DNA of 64,000 nt. It comes from Octopus vulgaris. Its lineage: Eukaryota. The stretch is taken from positions 21,886,001 to 21,950,000 of the forward strand of contig OX597831.1 in the NCBI GenBank assembly GCA_951406725.2, written 5' to 3'. How positions within the stretch are numbered: position 1 is the stretch's first letter; each line of letters starts with the position of its first letter. A program made the position numbers and the translations under genes. Below are positions 29,582 to 43,899 of the stretch, piece after piece. The notes under the pieces are model-generated. The model did no database searches and was not told where the DNA came from. It was given only the letters and a program-made list of their open reading frames with translations.

Positions 29582-29612
<31 letters not shown>

Positions 29613-29740
29613 AGCGCGCGTGCACCCACTTTCATTTTCTCTCTCTCTCTCTCTCTCTCTCACACACGCTCACAAATACAAGAACAATAATTTCTCTGTC
29701 TCCCATCTTTACGACGTATACATGTGTACGTGTGTGTGTG

Positions 29741-29798
<58 letters not shown>

Positions 29799-30016
29799 CA
29801 TGTGTGAGTGTGTGAGGGTGTGTGTGTATATATATATATATATGTGTGTGTGTGTGAGTGTTTGTGTGTACGTAGATTATATCTATGTGTGTATATGTAT
29901 ATATATAGATATATATTTATATGTATATTTATATATATGTATATATTTATATATATACATATATATGTGTGCGTGTGTGCATGTACATACATATATATAT
30001 ATATAAAATACGCACG

Positions 30017-30056
<40 letters not shown>

Positions 30057-30323
30057 CATCTACATGTATGTATATATACACACATATTTTATGTATACAA
30101 CCACATACCTTCATATATGTATGCATATGTATACATACATCCATATATACATACGTAACTGCATAAATATAAATACGTCGATCGCGGGAGACGAGGTTGC
30201 TGACCCGGTTGCGTATCCCACAGCTTTACTAATTGTTTATACTTACATACATACATACATGCATACACACATACATACATACATACATACATGTGTGTAT
30301 GTATGTAACGGTGAACATGTATG

Positions 30324-30367
<44 letters not shown>

Positions 30368-30446
30368 GATACATTCATACAAACACATACGTATGTGTGT
30401 GTATATATATATATACATACATAGATACATTCATACAAACACATAC

Positions 30447-30483
<37 letters not shown>

Positions 30484-30488
<5 letters not shown>

Positions 30489-30680
30489 GTTTGACAAAAT
30501 ATTAGAAACACCTAGTTAAATGGAAGATTTATCGTTTAATACGAATTTAGTGCCTGTTCGGCATCAATCATAACTCTAATACGTTGAGGAATGCACTCAC
30601 ACATGTACTAATTGGTTGTTAGCGGAATTTCCAGCAATTCTTTCAATTAAAATCTGCATTAGTTCTTTCAGAAACGTTTA
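30484..30680 (-). pseudogene. Tc1-like transposon 3' end
   Basis: Minus strand EIPLTT..CECIPQRIRVMIDA resembles the Tc1 C-terminus (..SMPRRI.AVI.A); TIR-like ggggtttgacaaaatattagaaacac next to TA. Confidence 0.5.
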
Positions 30681-31365
30681 CAGGTGGAAGCGCCCCACCA
30701 TTGCTGTCTTGGGTTTACAGTCCAGCCTATAATAATGGCGGCGTCCGGCGTTCTCTGCCACCGGACCATATCTCGGCTCACCGTTTCCAGAACGGTGATA
30801 ACTCGCCTGTATTGGCAGGCAGATGGCTATCCGCAAGTGTGAATCCCATAAGTCCCATAAGTCCCATAAGTCAGACAGCATCTTCCTCATCTTCCTCCTG
30901 GACGACGCCTTTTCCATTTTGTCTCCTGAGATCATGAGGCATGAGATCATGAATTACTGTAAATCGAGAGGATGTAAGAATGTAAAAATCAACTTATTCA
31001 ATCCCTCTGAAAACTAAATGTCTATATTCTAATCTGGTGATTGCGGGGGACATCTAAGGAGGCTGTTACCATCAATCTTTTACTTGTTTGTGTCATATAA
31101 CTGCGGTCATTCTGTGACACTGCCAGAAGAAATTTTAGTCGAACGAATCGACCGCAATATTTCTGTTTTCTGGGGGTTTTTTGTTAATCCAGGTACTTAT
31201 TCTATCGGTAATTTGTGTCGAACCGCTAGCTTACGCGGGATGTAAGCAAAGAAACGCCGATTGTCAAGCAGTGGTGGGGAACAAACACAGACGTTAAGAC
31301 ACACACGCACTCACACTAACACACATGTATATGTATACACACACACACATATATATATGAATATA

Positions 31366-31415
<50 letters not shown>

Positions 31416-31419
31416 CCTA

Positions 31420-31900
31420 AAAATAAGGCTGTCTGAGAGACACCACCATGCCGAAATAGCAGCCAAATCCCTGACTCTAAAAACCACCTTAAATGTTCAT
31501 ATCGCACCATGGGATAAGACAGAGGGACAAAATAGACTAGCAAAACAGAGATAGGGACGTTCGTATATGTAAGTATAACGTTTGTTCTGTATATATATAT
31601 TTGTATTTATGTGCCCATCTGATATATTCAATTGATGAAGGCAGAGCTTATTTAAAGCAAAGCTAGAAATCCAGGATCTTGTATTATTCAGTAATATCTT
31701 TTTGCTAGTCTATTTTGTCCCTCTGTCTTATCTCATGGTGCGATATGAACATTTAAGGTGGTTTTTAGAGTCAGGGATTTGGCTGCTATTTCGGCATGAT
31801 GGTGTCTCTCAGACACCCTTTTTTTTAGTTGTAAAAAATTATTACCTTTGTATGGTATTTTTTCCCATGCTGGCCACTTGATAATATCGATATTATCCTT
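31420..31900 (+). mobile_element. Fold-back element D carrying the GGCUGCU structured motif
   Basis: Near-identical arms 31427-31545/31700-31818; complete motif 31778-31897; decayed hammerhead words in the spacer. Confidence 0.8.
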
Positions 31901-32124
31901 ATTTATAAATTCATATATATATATATATATATATATGTATATCCGACGCTCTTTCAGTTTTCGTCTCGCAAATCCGCCCACAAGGTTTTGGTCGGCCTGA
32001 GGCTAACAATACGAGACACTTTCCCAATGTGCTATGCTATAGAATTGAACACGGAACCATGTGGCTGGAAAGTAAACTACTTACCGCACACCCAAACCTG
32101 CGCCTACTTCACACGTATTTTTCT

Positions 32125-32410
32125 ACCACTTTTGAACGACATTTCCCTTGTGAATTCGTGCATATCGTCCTAGAAGACTGTACTACCACCACGGAACAAT
32201 ATCTGTACAATAGGATGGACATGATCAGTTAAAATTCTCGGATAACATTTTACGTTAATTCTACCATGCAGAACAACTAAAGAACTTAGAGTGTTTCCCT
32301 TGTAGAGCCTCTTCCATGCTTCATGGTTAGGGCCAAATGTTCAGGCTTGAAGGTTTCGTTGGTCTGATTCAAGACATAAACTCATCAATGATATACTTAG
32401 ATTCTCAATA
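32125..32410 (-). pseudogene. Tc1 (DD34E) transposase catalytic-domain fragment
   Basis: LVVLHGRINVKCYPRILTDHVHPIVQILFRGGSTVF*DD..FT resembles Tc1 Y..IL.DH..P....FQDDNAP.HT. Confidence 0.65.
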
Positions 32411-32487
32411 TCTAATCAAACACTGATGTCGCAAAAACTAGTGGGTTTATTAAAAGTAATTAATAGTGATAGAAACAGTATTAATAT

Positions 32488-32544
<57 letters not shown>

Positions 32545-32545
<1 letters not shown>

Positions 32546-33718
32546 AATAAAATAGAACATATGCATATATATAAACATATATGTACGTACCTACCTCTAC
32601 ATGTACATATACACGCATATATGTGTACAGGACACCAAAAAGACGTCGAACACATAGAGAGACGAAAAACATAGACACAAACCAAGGAACAGGACAAGCA
32701 AAAAAGAAAAAAAGAGATACAGGACAATAAGCACAACGAAAAATCCCCTTCTTCAGTCGCTAAGGTTTCATCTACTCTACGTTTCGAAGGATAAAAGCGA
32801 GACGTATACTTCGAAGAAACTTCCTTCCTGCGAAAAGCAAATCAATTAAAATTCTGAGATCTTTTCGCAGAGGGGTAAAAAATGGTAAAAAAAGCAAGAC
32901 GGTAACGACAGTACAAACATATAAACAGTAAAAAAAAAATTATATATAAACAGTTGAAAAATAAATATATAACAGTGAGAGACAGGACAAGGAGAACAAG
33001 ATAAGAAGGGCTGTTTACGCCAGACGAAAAAAGTAATGCAAACGCTGGATTATAGTGGACGACGAGAGAGAAAGAATGTCGACCAGTGGCCTTAGAAGGC
33101 GGGCGAGAAAAGACAGGATAGCAGTTACGACGGAAGTATCGTCGCAGATGGACGACGGGAATGGGGGAGGAGGAGCAAGAGGAAGAGAGAGAAGAAGGGG
33201 AATGGTGCGAGGAGACCATGAAGAATGGTGAGGGGGAGAGAGAGAATGAAGAATGAGAGAGAGAGGAAGAGACAAGTTAAGTGAGGGAAAAAGGACGAAA
33301 AAGGGAATGGGAGAGAAAGAAAGAAAGATGCAGAGTCGCGTGAGAGTTAATATCAAGGCTAACTTGATAAACAGAACAATCTTACTTAATAGGGTGCGTG
33401 CGTTTAGTCGTATAATATGCTAATAAAATAGAACATATGCATATATATAAACATATATGTACGTACCTACCTCTACATGTACATATACACGCATATATGT
33501 GTACAGGACACCAAAAAGACGTCGAACACATAGAGAGACGAAAAACATAGACACAAACCAAGGAACAGGACAAGCAAAAAAGAAAAAAAGAGATACAGGA
33601 CAATAAGCACAACGAAAAATCCCCTTCTTCAGTCGCTAAGGTTTCATCTACTCTACGTTTCGAAGGATAAAAGCGAGACGTATACTTCGAAGAAACTTCC
33701 TTCCTGCGAAAAGCAAAT
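32545..33718. mobile_element. Non-autonomous element bounded by 298-bp identical direct repeats (element Z as pseudo-LTR)
   Basis: 32545-32842 matches 33421-33718 with no difference seen by eye; purine-rich 578-bp interior; (TA)n flanks. Confidence 0.8.
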
Positions 33719-33940
33719 ATATATATACATATGAATTAGAGAAGAAACATTATTATGTAATTAAAACAATGATAGACATAAACCAAATCATAAAGAAAAA
33801 AATAAAATATCTTATAAAGCATATAACTAGATCAATATATATATATAATTTATATATATTATATATTTATATTGTGAAATTTGATTTAATACTAAATTGA
33901 AATTTTCCCCGTTAATTTGGAGTTATACTCCCTAATATTG

Positions 33941-34059
<119 letters not shown>

Positions 34060-34069
34060 GCATGTATAC

Positions 34070-34378
34070 ATACATATATGTACATACCTACATATATATG
34101 TATATATAAATACTTACATATCTGGGTACAGGACGTCAAAAAAACGTGAACAAAATGATAAGCGAGAACGAAGTCACATCTTGTCCCTACCTTCGAAAAC
34201 GCGGAGTAGATAAAACAGGGGACAACTGATGAAGGGAATGTTCTTTATGTTGCTTGTCTCGTTTCTCTATTTGTTTCTCTCGCTCTTCGACAAAAGTTTG
34301 TTTTCTATGTTTTTGTTTTTATGTTCTCGTTTTCATGTTGTTCACGTTTTTTTTGACGTAGTGTAACCATATATACAT
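34070..34378. mobile_element. Fold-back derivative of element Z
   Basis: gacgtcaaaaaaacgtgaacaaaatga (34132) is inverted to tcatgttgttcacgttttttttgacgt (34333). Confidence 0.7.
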
Positions 34379-34385
34379 GTATACA

Positions 34386-34417
<32 letters not shown>

Positions 34418-34441
34418 CTCTCTCTCTCTCTCTCTCTCTCT

Positions 34442-34484
<43 letters not shown>

Positions 34485-34513
34485 ACATATATGTATATAT
34501 ATATTTATATATT

Positions 34514-34911
34514 ACTAGCAGTATCGCCAGGCGTTGCTCGGGTTTGTAAGGGAAATAACTATATAAGCATTTTTAGAGAGTTATAGCCAAAAAATAGCAA
34601 AAAAATACATTAAAAATGGAAAAAAAATGATGGTAAATTTTTTTTTAATCATTGATTCATCGTAGACATTTTTAGAGAGTTACTTCCCCTATATAATAGC
34701 GAAAAAATGCATTAAAATGGAAACAAATGATGGTAAATTATTTTTAAAATCGTAGACTCATCGTAGACGCTCGCTAATACCCAGAAGGGCTCGATATGAA
34801 TCACGACTATAAGATACCCGGTTTTGGTTAAACTGCACCGCAAAATGTGGGAGTAGTTAGGAATCTAAATCGTAGGAGACAGACACACAACTTCACTTTT
34901 ATATAAAAAGA
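34514..34911 (-). mobile_element. Non-autonomous Helitron
   Basis: Minus strand starts A|TC and ends with GC-rich hairpin cccgagcaacgcctgg then CTAGT; internal ~99-bp duplication (catttttagagagtta twice). Confidence 0.8.
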
Positions 34912-35180
34912 TATATATTATTATATGATTGAACGCCATGCATCCATTTCCAAGTAAGTTTTATATATGTATATATAGAGAGTGAGAGAAAGAGGGGGGA
35001 GAGAGAGAGAGAGATACGGTAGGCTTTCAATATATATGTATCACAAGCTTTTGGTTAGTATGAGATTATATTAGAAGACACTCGTTCAAGATGTCACGCA
35101 GTGGAACTGAACTCGAAACTTTGTATCTGGAAAGCAGACTTCTTACCTCAAATGCAACGCCTAGTATGCAAACACACACA

Positions 35181-35236
<56 letters not shown>

Positions 35237-35288
35237 TACATACATACATACATACATACATACATACATACATACATACATACATACA

Positions 35289-35321
<33 letters not shown>

Positions 35322-35334
35322 CGACTCCTGATAA

Positions 35335-35890
35335 CTCGTAACAGAACGTATCTAAAATTGATAAAAGTAGATGCGGGAAAGTAGGAACCTTAAAATACAT
35401 GATTTCCAACTGTTCAATGGCGTTGGTTATATATGCCAGGAGACAAAATTTGGCCCTCCTCAATGCTGCTAAGAATAAAATTGCTCTAATCCACATTGGC
35501 AAGGAACCACAAATGAAACCAGGCAGGGATTTCGATAACTTCGTACGTCCTGTACAGCAGATCCATTTGAACAAGAAACTTCAAGTGAACAATGAAAGTG
35601 AGAGGGACGGCTATTAGGAGCTGACTGTAGATTTACCGGTGTGCCAGGATTCCTCTTCGTACTGGTTACGAAGGAATCAAATATTATCATGTGATGTAAG
35701 GAAAAAGAATTTTGTGAATCTGGTCGAGTTAACCGTTCGGACGGGAAACATAATCCAATCGATGTTGGATGTAGAGGATTCTTTGGAAACAGTATGAGGT
35801 GATTGTTGTTTTCGCTTGTCCTGACTTGTGAATAGTTAGGAGAGTCCAGTTTGTTGGACATTGTTGTAGAGCTGAAAACGAGGCAATTTC
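35335..35890 (-). pseudogene. Highly degenerate non-LTR RT fragment
   Basis: CPTNW..TIHKSG and IEEGQILSP are reminiscent of RT domain 0/1 and the QG.ILSP motif; many frameshifts. Confidence 0.35.
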
Positions 35891-35894
35891 TACT

Positions 35895-36084
35895 CTTCTC
35901 CCCTGGAAGGCATCTACTCGCAATACCAGAGGGCGCACACTCTGCTACCCTGATGTAATCTCCAGGGATACAGGCATCCAGCAACAGGACCTCCGTAATG
36001 CCATGATGGACCGTGAAGTCTGGCGTAGCATGGTAAATTCCATTGTCTCGACCACGGTCGAACAATGATGATGATGATGATGAT
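35895..36084 (+). pseudogene. RTE-like LINE 3' end with (GAT)n tail
   Basis: ..RGRTLCYPDVISRDTG..DLRNAMMDREVWR..* followed by (GAT)n. Confidence 0.75.
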
Positions 36085-36524
36085 TGTCCTAACTCAACCT
36101 AAAGCAAATACCATCATGATCCGTAGCCAGGCTCCAATGGAGAATGCAAGCCACTGGGTTTTGTTGAAAAGAGACGAAAAGCAACGAAGACCATTGAATG
36201 AAGCCTAGAAACCTTTTAATCGAGCAAGTAAAGCCTCGTCTCAATGAGGGATGGAGGCGCATTAAGGACATCGAGAGGAAGGTCCCGAAATGGCGTGCAT
36301 TCTCTCTTGGTTGTTCCATAAGCCTGCTTGTCTTTGTATGCGGAGTTTTTAACTGGCAGCACTTGTAATGTACGTGTGTGTGTGTGTGAGTGTGCGCGTA
36401 TGTGTGTGTTAGTGTACATGTGTGTGTTAGTGTACATGTGTGTGTGTGTTCTCGCGCGCATATAAATATACTCCCAAACATGTATGTATGCAAGTACACA
36501 TGCACACACACATACATCATACGT

Positions 36525-36850
36525 ACATACATAAGGATTTGGAATAGAGCAGAGAAACTGCACAGGTGTGGAAATCAGCTGCCCAACGGATGTTAGCATT
36601 AAGCTGTAGATCAGTGAAAAAGAGAATACCTGTCATTGAGGAATCTACAGTTACTCTATCCAGATTACAAGTTCAGGTTCATACCTGTAATTATTGGGGG
36701 TACTGAGATATGTAGCACACTGCCTAAATACCAATCTTGAAAAATTGGGCTTCTCAAAAGCAGAAAGGAGAAAGCTGAATCGAAAACTACAGGTCCAAGC
36801 CATCACTGGAACTGTAAAAAATCTGTAAAACTTTCAAGAAGTTTATCATT
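36525..36850 (+). pseudogene. RLE-type (NeSL/R4-like) LINE 3' end
   Basis: IWNR..VEISCPTD..K..EK..LEKLGFSKAERRKLNRKLQVQAITGTVKICKTFKKF; PD-(D/E)xK-type endonuclease C-terminus; frameshifted. Confidence 0.7.
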
Positions 36851-37075
36851 TAAGTGTATATGAGCATGTCTAGATATGTAAGTATATGCATAAGAAGCCA
36901 TACATAAAAATAAAACATGCAAATCTGCACGTATACATACATACAAAAATACGCTGTTGTTGAAATTCCAATGAAGGAGACATAGATCTAGGTTAGAAAC
37001 CGGCTCTATATATATTGGCAAGAAATCATAAAATAAAGCTGAATAATGACATACGTACGTACATACATACATACA

Positions 37076-37133
<58 letters not shown>

Positions 37134-37859
37134 CATAAAAATACACACACACACCTATATATATGTATGTGTATATATATATATATATATATATGATATA
37201 TCTATACATCAATGTACATACAAGTTTACTATTGTATAACTTAGTTTCACATTGCGGTTTGATTAATTATATTAACGACTCTACTTTGAACAGAGTTGTA
37301 AATTCATAAATGTATTCAAAATTAATTAATTTTTACTAAATACAAGGCGACAGACACTTTTAATAAATTATACACTAAGTACATATAAATGATATACTAT
37401 ATTGCATGCGAAGTATGTATAAATAGTATAGCAAGTACTTACTAAATTATTGGTTTCTGGCCATTATTGACTTTTTCCAGACCACAAATTATATTCATTT
37501 TATTCTTTGGTTTTATTTTATTATTATTATTGCTATTAAGTCGTCTGGTGGAAGAAACTGAAAGGCATAAAGACTTTCCTAATCGACTTTTACAAGTTTT
37601 ATTTGGAAATGAAATTGAGGGTGCTGAAGGAAGTGCTGTCCCCAAATGAGTTTATTGAGAGGTGGGTGAAAGTTGCAAAAGAAATGGCAAGAGTGAGTGA
37701 TCCTGTTCCAAGTATAGACTTGCGTGTCGGAGGACAGGAATCGTAGAAGGCATTTACCTTTGGTATTCAGAGAGAACTTAGATGGTGAGGTTCCTCGATT
37801 ATCCCTAGAGGTCCACGTCAAGACATACATCATCTCGAAAGAGTCCAGAAGCTGGCTAC

Positions 37860-38305
37860 CCGCATGGTTCTTGGCCTCAAGCATTTGTCTTATGAAGAAA
37901 GGCTGAAGACGCTCGACCTTTATTCTCTAGAAAAACGTCGACGCCGTGGTGATCTCATTCTTACTCACAACATCATAAGCGGAAAGTGTAACCTCTCGAA
38001 AGAGCTGTTCTTCACTCCTGCTCCAGAGCGTCGGCTGCGGGGTCAGTCACTCTGAAAAGCTCTATCTGCGACGATTTCATCTTAATCGAAGGAGAGAGGC
38101 TTTCTCCGTCCGGGTTGCGGATCCGTGGAATAAGCTGCCGGACGAGATAGTGAAGATGCCGACGACCGCTCGGTTCAAAGTTTCCCTTGACCAGAAATGG
38201 CCTGAACTCCTTGCATAAACACCCTCCCTGTACATAACTCCATGTCCCCCTACATGGCCTTGCTTTTTGCTTTTTGAGCCAAAAAATTAACTTAACTTAA
38301 CTTAA
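37860..38305 (+). pseudogene. CR1-clade LINE 3' end
   Basis: LSYEERLKTLDLYSLEKRRRRGDLI..RG / ..FSVRVADPWNKLP..FKVSLD; (AACTT)n tail at 38289-38305. Confidence 0.9.
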
Positions 38306-39354
38306 GTATCAGGAGAACCACATTACCATAATCTTTTGCTATTCTTTTATTCTTTTACCTGTTTTAGTCAAATGACTGCCGCCATGCTAGAGTACCGTTG
38401 TGTGTACTTTCTTTTCTTGTCTTATTGTATACTGTGTATATATTTACAATCTCTTTTATACACATATCTTTTATCTTTCATATTGTATTTGTTTGAGTCA
38501 TCAGACTGCGGCCATGCTGGGGCGCCTGCTTGGGGAATTTTCAGTCCAATGAATCTACCCCAACATTTATTGCATGCTGTACGAATTCAAAGGTGGTTCT
38601 TCAGTAATGGACGTAGTAAGAAATATTCTTTCAGTTTATGAAAATGAAGATTTTGGTTTTCTGATATGGCAACTATAATTTTGCCAGTTTCGCTTGAGAA
38701 TTTTTTCTCTCGTAGATTACCCTTGATTTGAAGGACTAAGTTCAGTCACTACTGAGCTTCTGAAAACCGTAGTTGCAGAAAAATCAAAAGCCCGAGGATT
38801 TGCAAAATCGCTCAAGTTACACTTTGATTATAAAAAAAAGAATTCATTAACTAGAAAAAGTGTCTACACATGATCGGTAAGTCCCTTGTTATCTTATTTC
38901 TTCTCAGCTTTATTAAATAGTTGTCTGCTTGTCATTGAAAAGTAGATTTACTACCAAATCTTTCCTCGGTAGTAATAAAGTAATGAAAAGTGAGTTCTCT
39001 ATAATCATATCCAGTGAAAATGGTAATGGTTAGCATTAGTTTGTATCTTTCCCAGCTTGAAGATGCGACAAAACTTTCTTTCCAACCTAATATTTCTATG
39101 CCCAGCTTTGACGCTCTAACCACTAAGCCATCTCCCTTCATATATAAATATATATGCATGCATATATATGTCAGGATATCCCATAAGCAATATCTGAATT
39201 TTGGGTAAGGAAAAAGGTGATCTAATTTTCCATTTTATTAAAAACGGAATAAAAGAAGAAGAGAACATCCCCAAACCAAGACTACACCCAAAGAACAGTT
39301 ATGCACTGTCTTTGATACAACATGAAGGATGTCTTCCATCATGAAGTATTATGG

Positions 39355-39560
39355 ATTTGAAATTCTGGCACACGACCAGCAAATTCGGAGATGGGATACA
39401 TCGACAATATCGATCCCAATGTTCAACTCGTACATATTTTATCGTTACGAAAGGATGAAAGGTTAAGTCGACCTCGGCGGAATTTGAACTCACAACGTAA
39501 TGACGGACGAAATACCGCGAGCACTTTTCCCATCGTGCTAACGATTCTGTTAGCTCGCCG
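39355..39560 (-). mobile_element. SINE family 2
   Basis: Family consensus blocks. Confidence 0.75.
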
Positions 39561-39748
39561 CATTATCATGAAGTATTATTGCAAAACAAAGCAGTTAATG
39601 TGGATACATATTGTCGTCAATGTCAATTGGAAGGATTTCCTAAACATGTTTTTCACAAATATGTACACATCGTTGCTCAGTTGTAAAAGAGTGCTGCCCT
39701 TACATGACGTTGTTAGACCACAAATTGCTCAAGTACCAATTATGGTAC

Positions 39749-39798
<50 letters not shown>

Positions 39799-40123
39799 AG
39801 GGAGTCTACACCAATGATTCCGGATAAAAGAGGATAACACCAAATCTTCCAAATAGCAGGGAAATATTGAACAACATGGAGCACTCACGTGATACTATTC
39901 CTCGAACAGAATGAACAAAATTGTGGGGCCTTGGAGATATTGTAACGCATGCATGGTCTTTGATTATTAGTGCCATCAACCATGAAATTTAGAACGATCA
40001 TATTTATGTACATTCATGTGTACAGGTATATCTATCTATCTATCTTTCTATCTACCTATCAACCTACCTATCTATATCTATATATCTGTCTATCTGTCTA
40101 CCTATGTATCTATCTTTCCATCA

Positions 40124-40188
<65 letters not shown>

Positions 40189-40224
40189 TAGAAATAGATT
40201 TAGATATATACATACATATATATT

Positions 40225-40897
40225 TACATGTAAACTCTGCCATACAACCACAGAGATCTGCAAGGAGTTTGTTTTCAAAAAGCATTTGGACCAATTTTTT
40301 ATGTGAGGTACCAACATAAACCCTCATCACGATAGGAAGTACAAAGCGACGCTGCTCTGTTCAAATCGCTATTCAACCAAAACGTATCCCGAGGGAAACA
40401 CCAGACGTGAGTGTGATACATAAGCCATTTACACAAAATTCAACACGTCAAGCAGCTCGTGAAAGTGAACTAACAAGACACAAAATGCGTACAGTGTTGC
40501 ACAAAGAACTGAATTTTCGTCCGTGGAAACCCCATTACGTGCAGGAGCTAAAGCCTGTAGACTGTAACCGCAAAAGTCCTGAAGTCCAGAACTCCAAGAA
40601 GTCCAAATCTCACTCCATGTGATTTTTTACCTGTGGGGTTGCACTAAAGGGGTGTACAAGACAAAACCTCACACAATGGAAAACCTGGAGACACGGATTC
40701 AGCAAGTTCTCAACGATATCCCATACAACGTCCTTCAGAAGGCCTCATTCCATCTCTGATCGCTTAAGGAAACTGATTGACGCCAACGTTGAAATATGAA
40801 GACTTACTTTCATTTTCATATTATTTCTTTCAATAAATTTGCAAAAGGAATAAGGATTTTATTACCAATTTTTAATTCTACTTACTTTTCACCCACC

Positions 40898-40901
<4 letters not shown>
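40225..40901 (+). pseudogene. Internally deleted mariner/maT-like transposon
   Basis: STRQAARE..LHKELNFRPWKPHYVQEL fused directly to PRSPNLTPCDF.LWG..VYKTKP..LETRI; terminal ..cacccaccctg next to a TA tract. Confidence 0.8.
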
Positions 40902-40974
<73 letters not shown>

Positions 40975-41337
40975 GGAAGATTAATTCCGAGTTCACAGAA
41001 ATTAGACGTTCAAATTAAAGGTACTAAAGTGAACTTCTCTCAATAGTTTATTCATATATATATATATAAAAGTAATAAATATGTAGAATCCAGATCTGAT
41101 GATTGGGAGTACGTCGATCTAATTGAGTATTGAAAATAGACACCTTATATCTCAAAAATACCGATATACTGCCATGAAATACGTGTTGTCTTTAAAATGG
41201 AAAGTATGGAATTCTGAATAGGATACAGTATCATATTTAATATTTTATGGTCGGTTGCGTATATCTTTCAATGTTGATTGAGTTGAGGGTGGTTCTGTCT
41301 CTAAAATTACTTTTATATATAGATACATATACACACC

Positions 41338-41434
<97 letters not shown>

Positions 41435-41537
41435 CCATCTTTCTATATCTATCTATCTACATATATATGTGCGTGTGTGTGTGTGTACAACGAAACAGGA
41501 GAGCGCGATGAGGACTACCTTCCCAGTGAAGGTAGTC

Positions 41538-41576
<39 letters not shown>

Positions 41577-41770
41577 CTATATTTCGGAACGGTCATTTTG
41601 CCAGTTTAGCCAATAAAAACACACGCACTATATATTTGATGATATTTTGCTTCAGTGTTATTTATTTTTTACATTAACCTTAATCTTATTTCGGCCAGAG
41701 TTCTTTCGTCACACTCCTGTGACTACATCAGTGGTCCTTTGTTTTCTTCTTTATCATTTGTGTCTCTCCT
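41577..41770 (-). mobile_element. Solo pseudo-LTR of the 22.7-kb Penelope-like family, with hammerhead-like motif 41693-41737
   Basis: High similarity to 22770-22965. Confidence 0.85.
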
Positions 41771-41978
41771 TACTATATACACGAGTCATATATCCTATAT
41801 TAATACGTATTTTACAATAAAGTTGGAAATAGTTGAAAGTTGCGGTTTTCAAAAGCACACATACGGTATGAATGTTGTAGGCATAAACCATGTTATTTTT
41901 ATTTTATTCCAAAATATAACAATATCTGTTTCAACACACGACTTCACATAAAAAATCTTGCACCTCAAATATATAAAC

Positions 41979-42017
<39 letters not shown>

Positions 42018-42764
42018 TGTATATATATAAATATATATACATATATACATATATATCTTCATATATACACATATATATATACATATACATATATATATAT
42101 ATTTATACATATATATATATGCATATACACATACATTCCATTAGACAAGCTTAAATATATTTTATACAACAGTACCATCGAAGCATGGTTATGCGTATAT
42201 AAATTACATATATAATATATACAGTGAATAATGTAATAGGTCCCATGCTAATTTTGTGTTTCTAGGATCATTGTGAATACAGAATTCACATTTATTTCTC
42301 GTTTGCCATCAACAAGTATAGAACGCCTGTCAGGACCAAATATTTCAATGCTTGCAGGAGATAATTTATATGTAATTTTTTGCGGAAATAGTTAATATTT
42401 TAAAATTTGTATTATACAATAGAAGAACCTTTATTGTAAAATATGTATCAATATAGGATATATGACTCGTGTATATAGTTGAAAATTGTGGTGTATAGTT
42501 GGAAATAGTTGAAAGTTGCGGTTTTCAAAGGCACATATACGGTATGCATGTTGTAGGCATAAACCATGTTATCTTTTATTTTAAACGACTTTTTTTCCAG
42601 TTGTCGTAGGCGTTAATATTCTCACTATTGATGTAGACGTGAGTATATGTGTGTGTTCATGTGCATACGTATATGTATAACAAACGCAAACATATATATT
42701 ATATAAACATATACATACACATATATATGTATGTTCATATATATGTATATATATTTATATATAT

Positions 42765-42812
<48 letters not shown>

Positions 42813-42954
42813 GAACACACACAAATATAGAAGCAGACACACACACAAGTATACACACATATATACACACACATATATCTATATATATATATATATTCAT
42901 ACGTGCATATATATATTTGTGAATGTGTGCGTGTGTGCGTGTGTGCGTGTGTAC

Positions 42955-42990
<36 letters not shown>

Positions 42991-43431
42991 ACGTGCGTGT
43001 ATGTACCAAGAAAGATGAACGTGCTATGAATATATCTAACACAGTTTTTGCCATCATTTTTTTTTTTTAAGAGTAAAACAAGTGTCGATCCTGGCCAAAC
43101 ATATTATTTTTCAGAAAAGCATATGTTACTGTTTACATGCTTATGTTACTAAATAAATAAATAAAGAGATAAAATGAATAAAGAAATAAGTAAAATAAAC
43201 CGAATTAGAATGCAATATAATGTCGATATTACATCGTGGCAGAAATCATAATGAATAAAAAAAAAAAAAAAGGACAACTATCGTTCGTTAATAATGCTGG
43301 AACTGAAAATTTCTAAAGTGACTGCAGTGTTAGAAACCCAGATGGCCGCTGAATGTTAGAAGCGCGGGTCCATTAACGCATATGTATGTTTCCTTTTCAT
43401 CTCAAAGATATCGTTTCAAGCTATATGTCCC

Positions 43432-43528
<97 letters not shown>

Positions 43529-43837
43529 AATTACATATATATATATATGTATATATGTATATATGTATATATATGTGTGTGTATCTATATATATATATGT
43601 ATCTATATGTATATGCGCATGTGCTTGTCTGTGTGTGTATGAATGTGTGTGTGTGTGTGTATGTCTGTACAGGTATCGACATTGTGCATTGCATGTACCT
43701 ATATGCGCATGTCCCAAATTATATATAACTGTAAATGTAAACCCATATACATATTACCAAGTAGAAAGCCAACTAGTATTCACTTACATATACATACATA
43801 CACACAAAAACACACACACACAGAGGCCGATGTGTGC

Positions 43838-43899
<62 letters not shown>

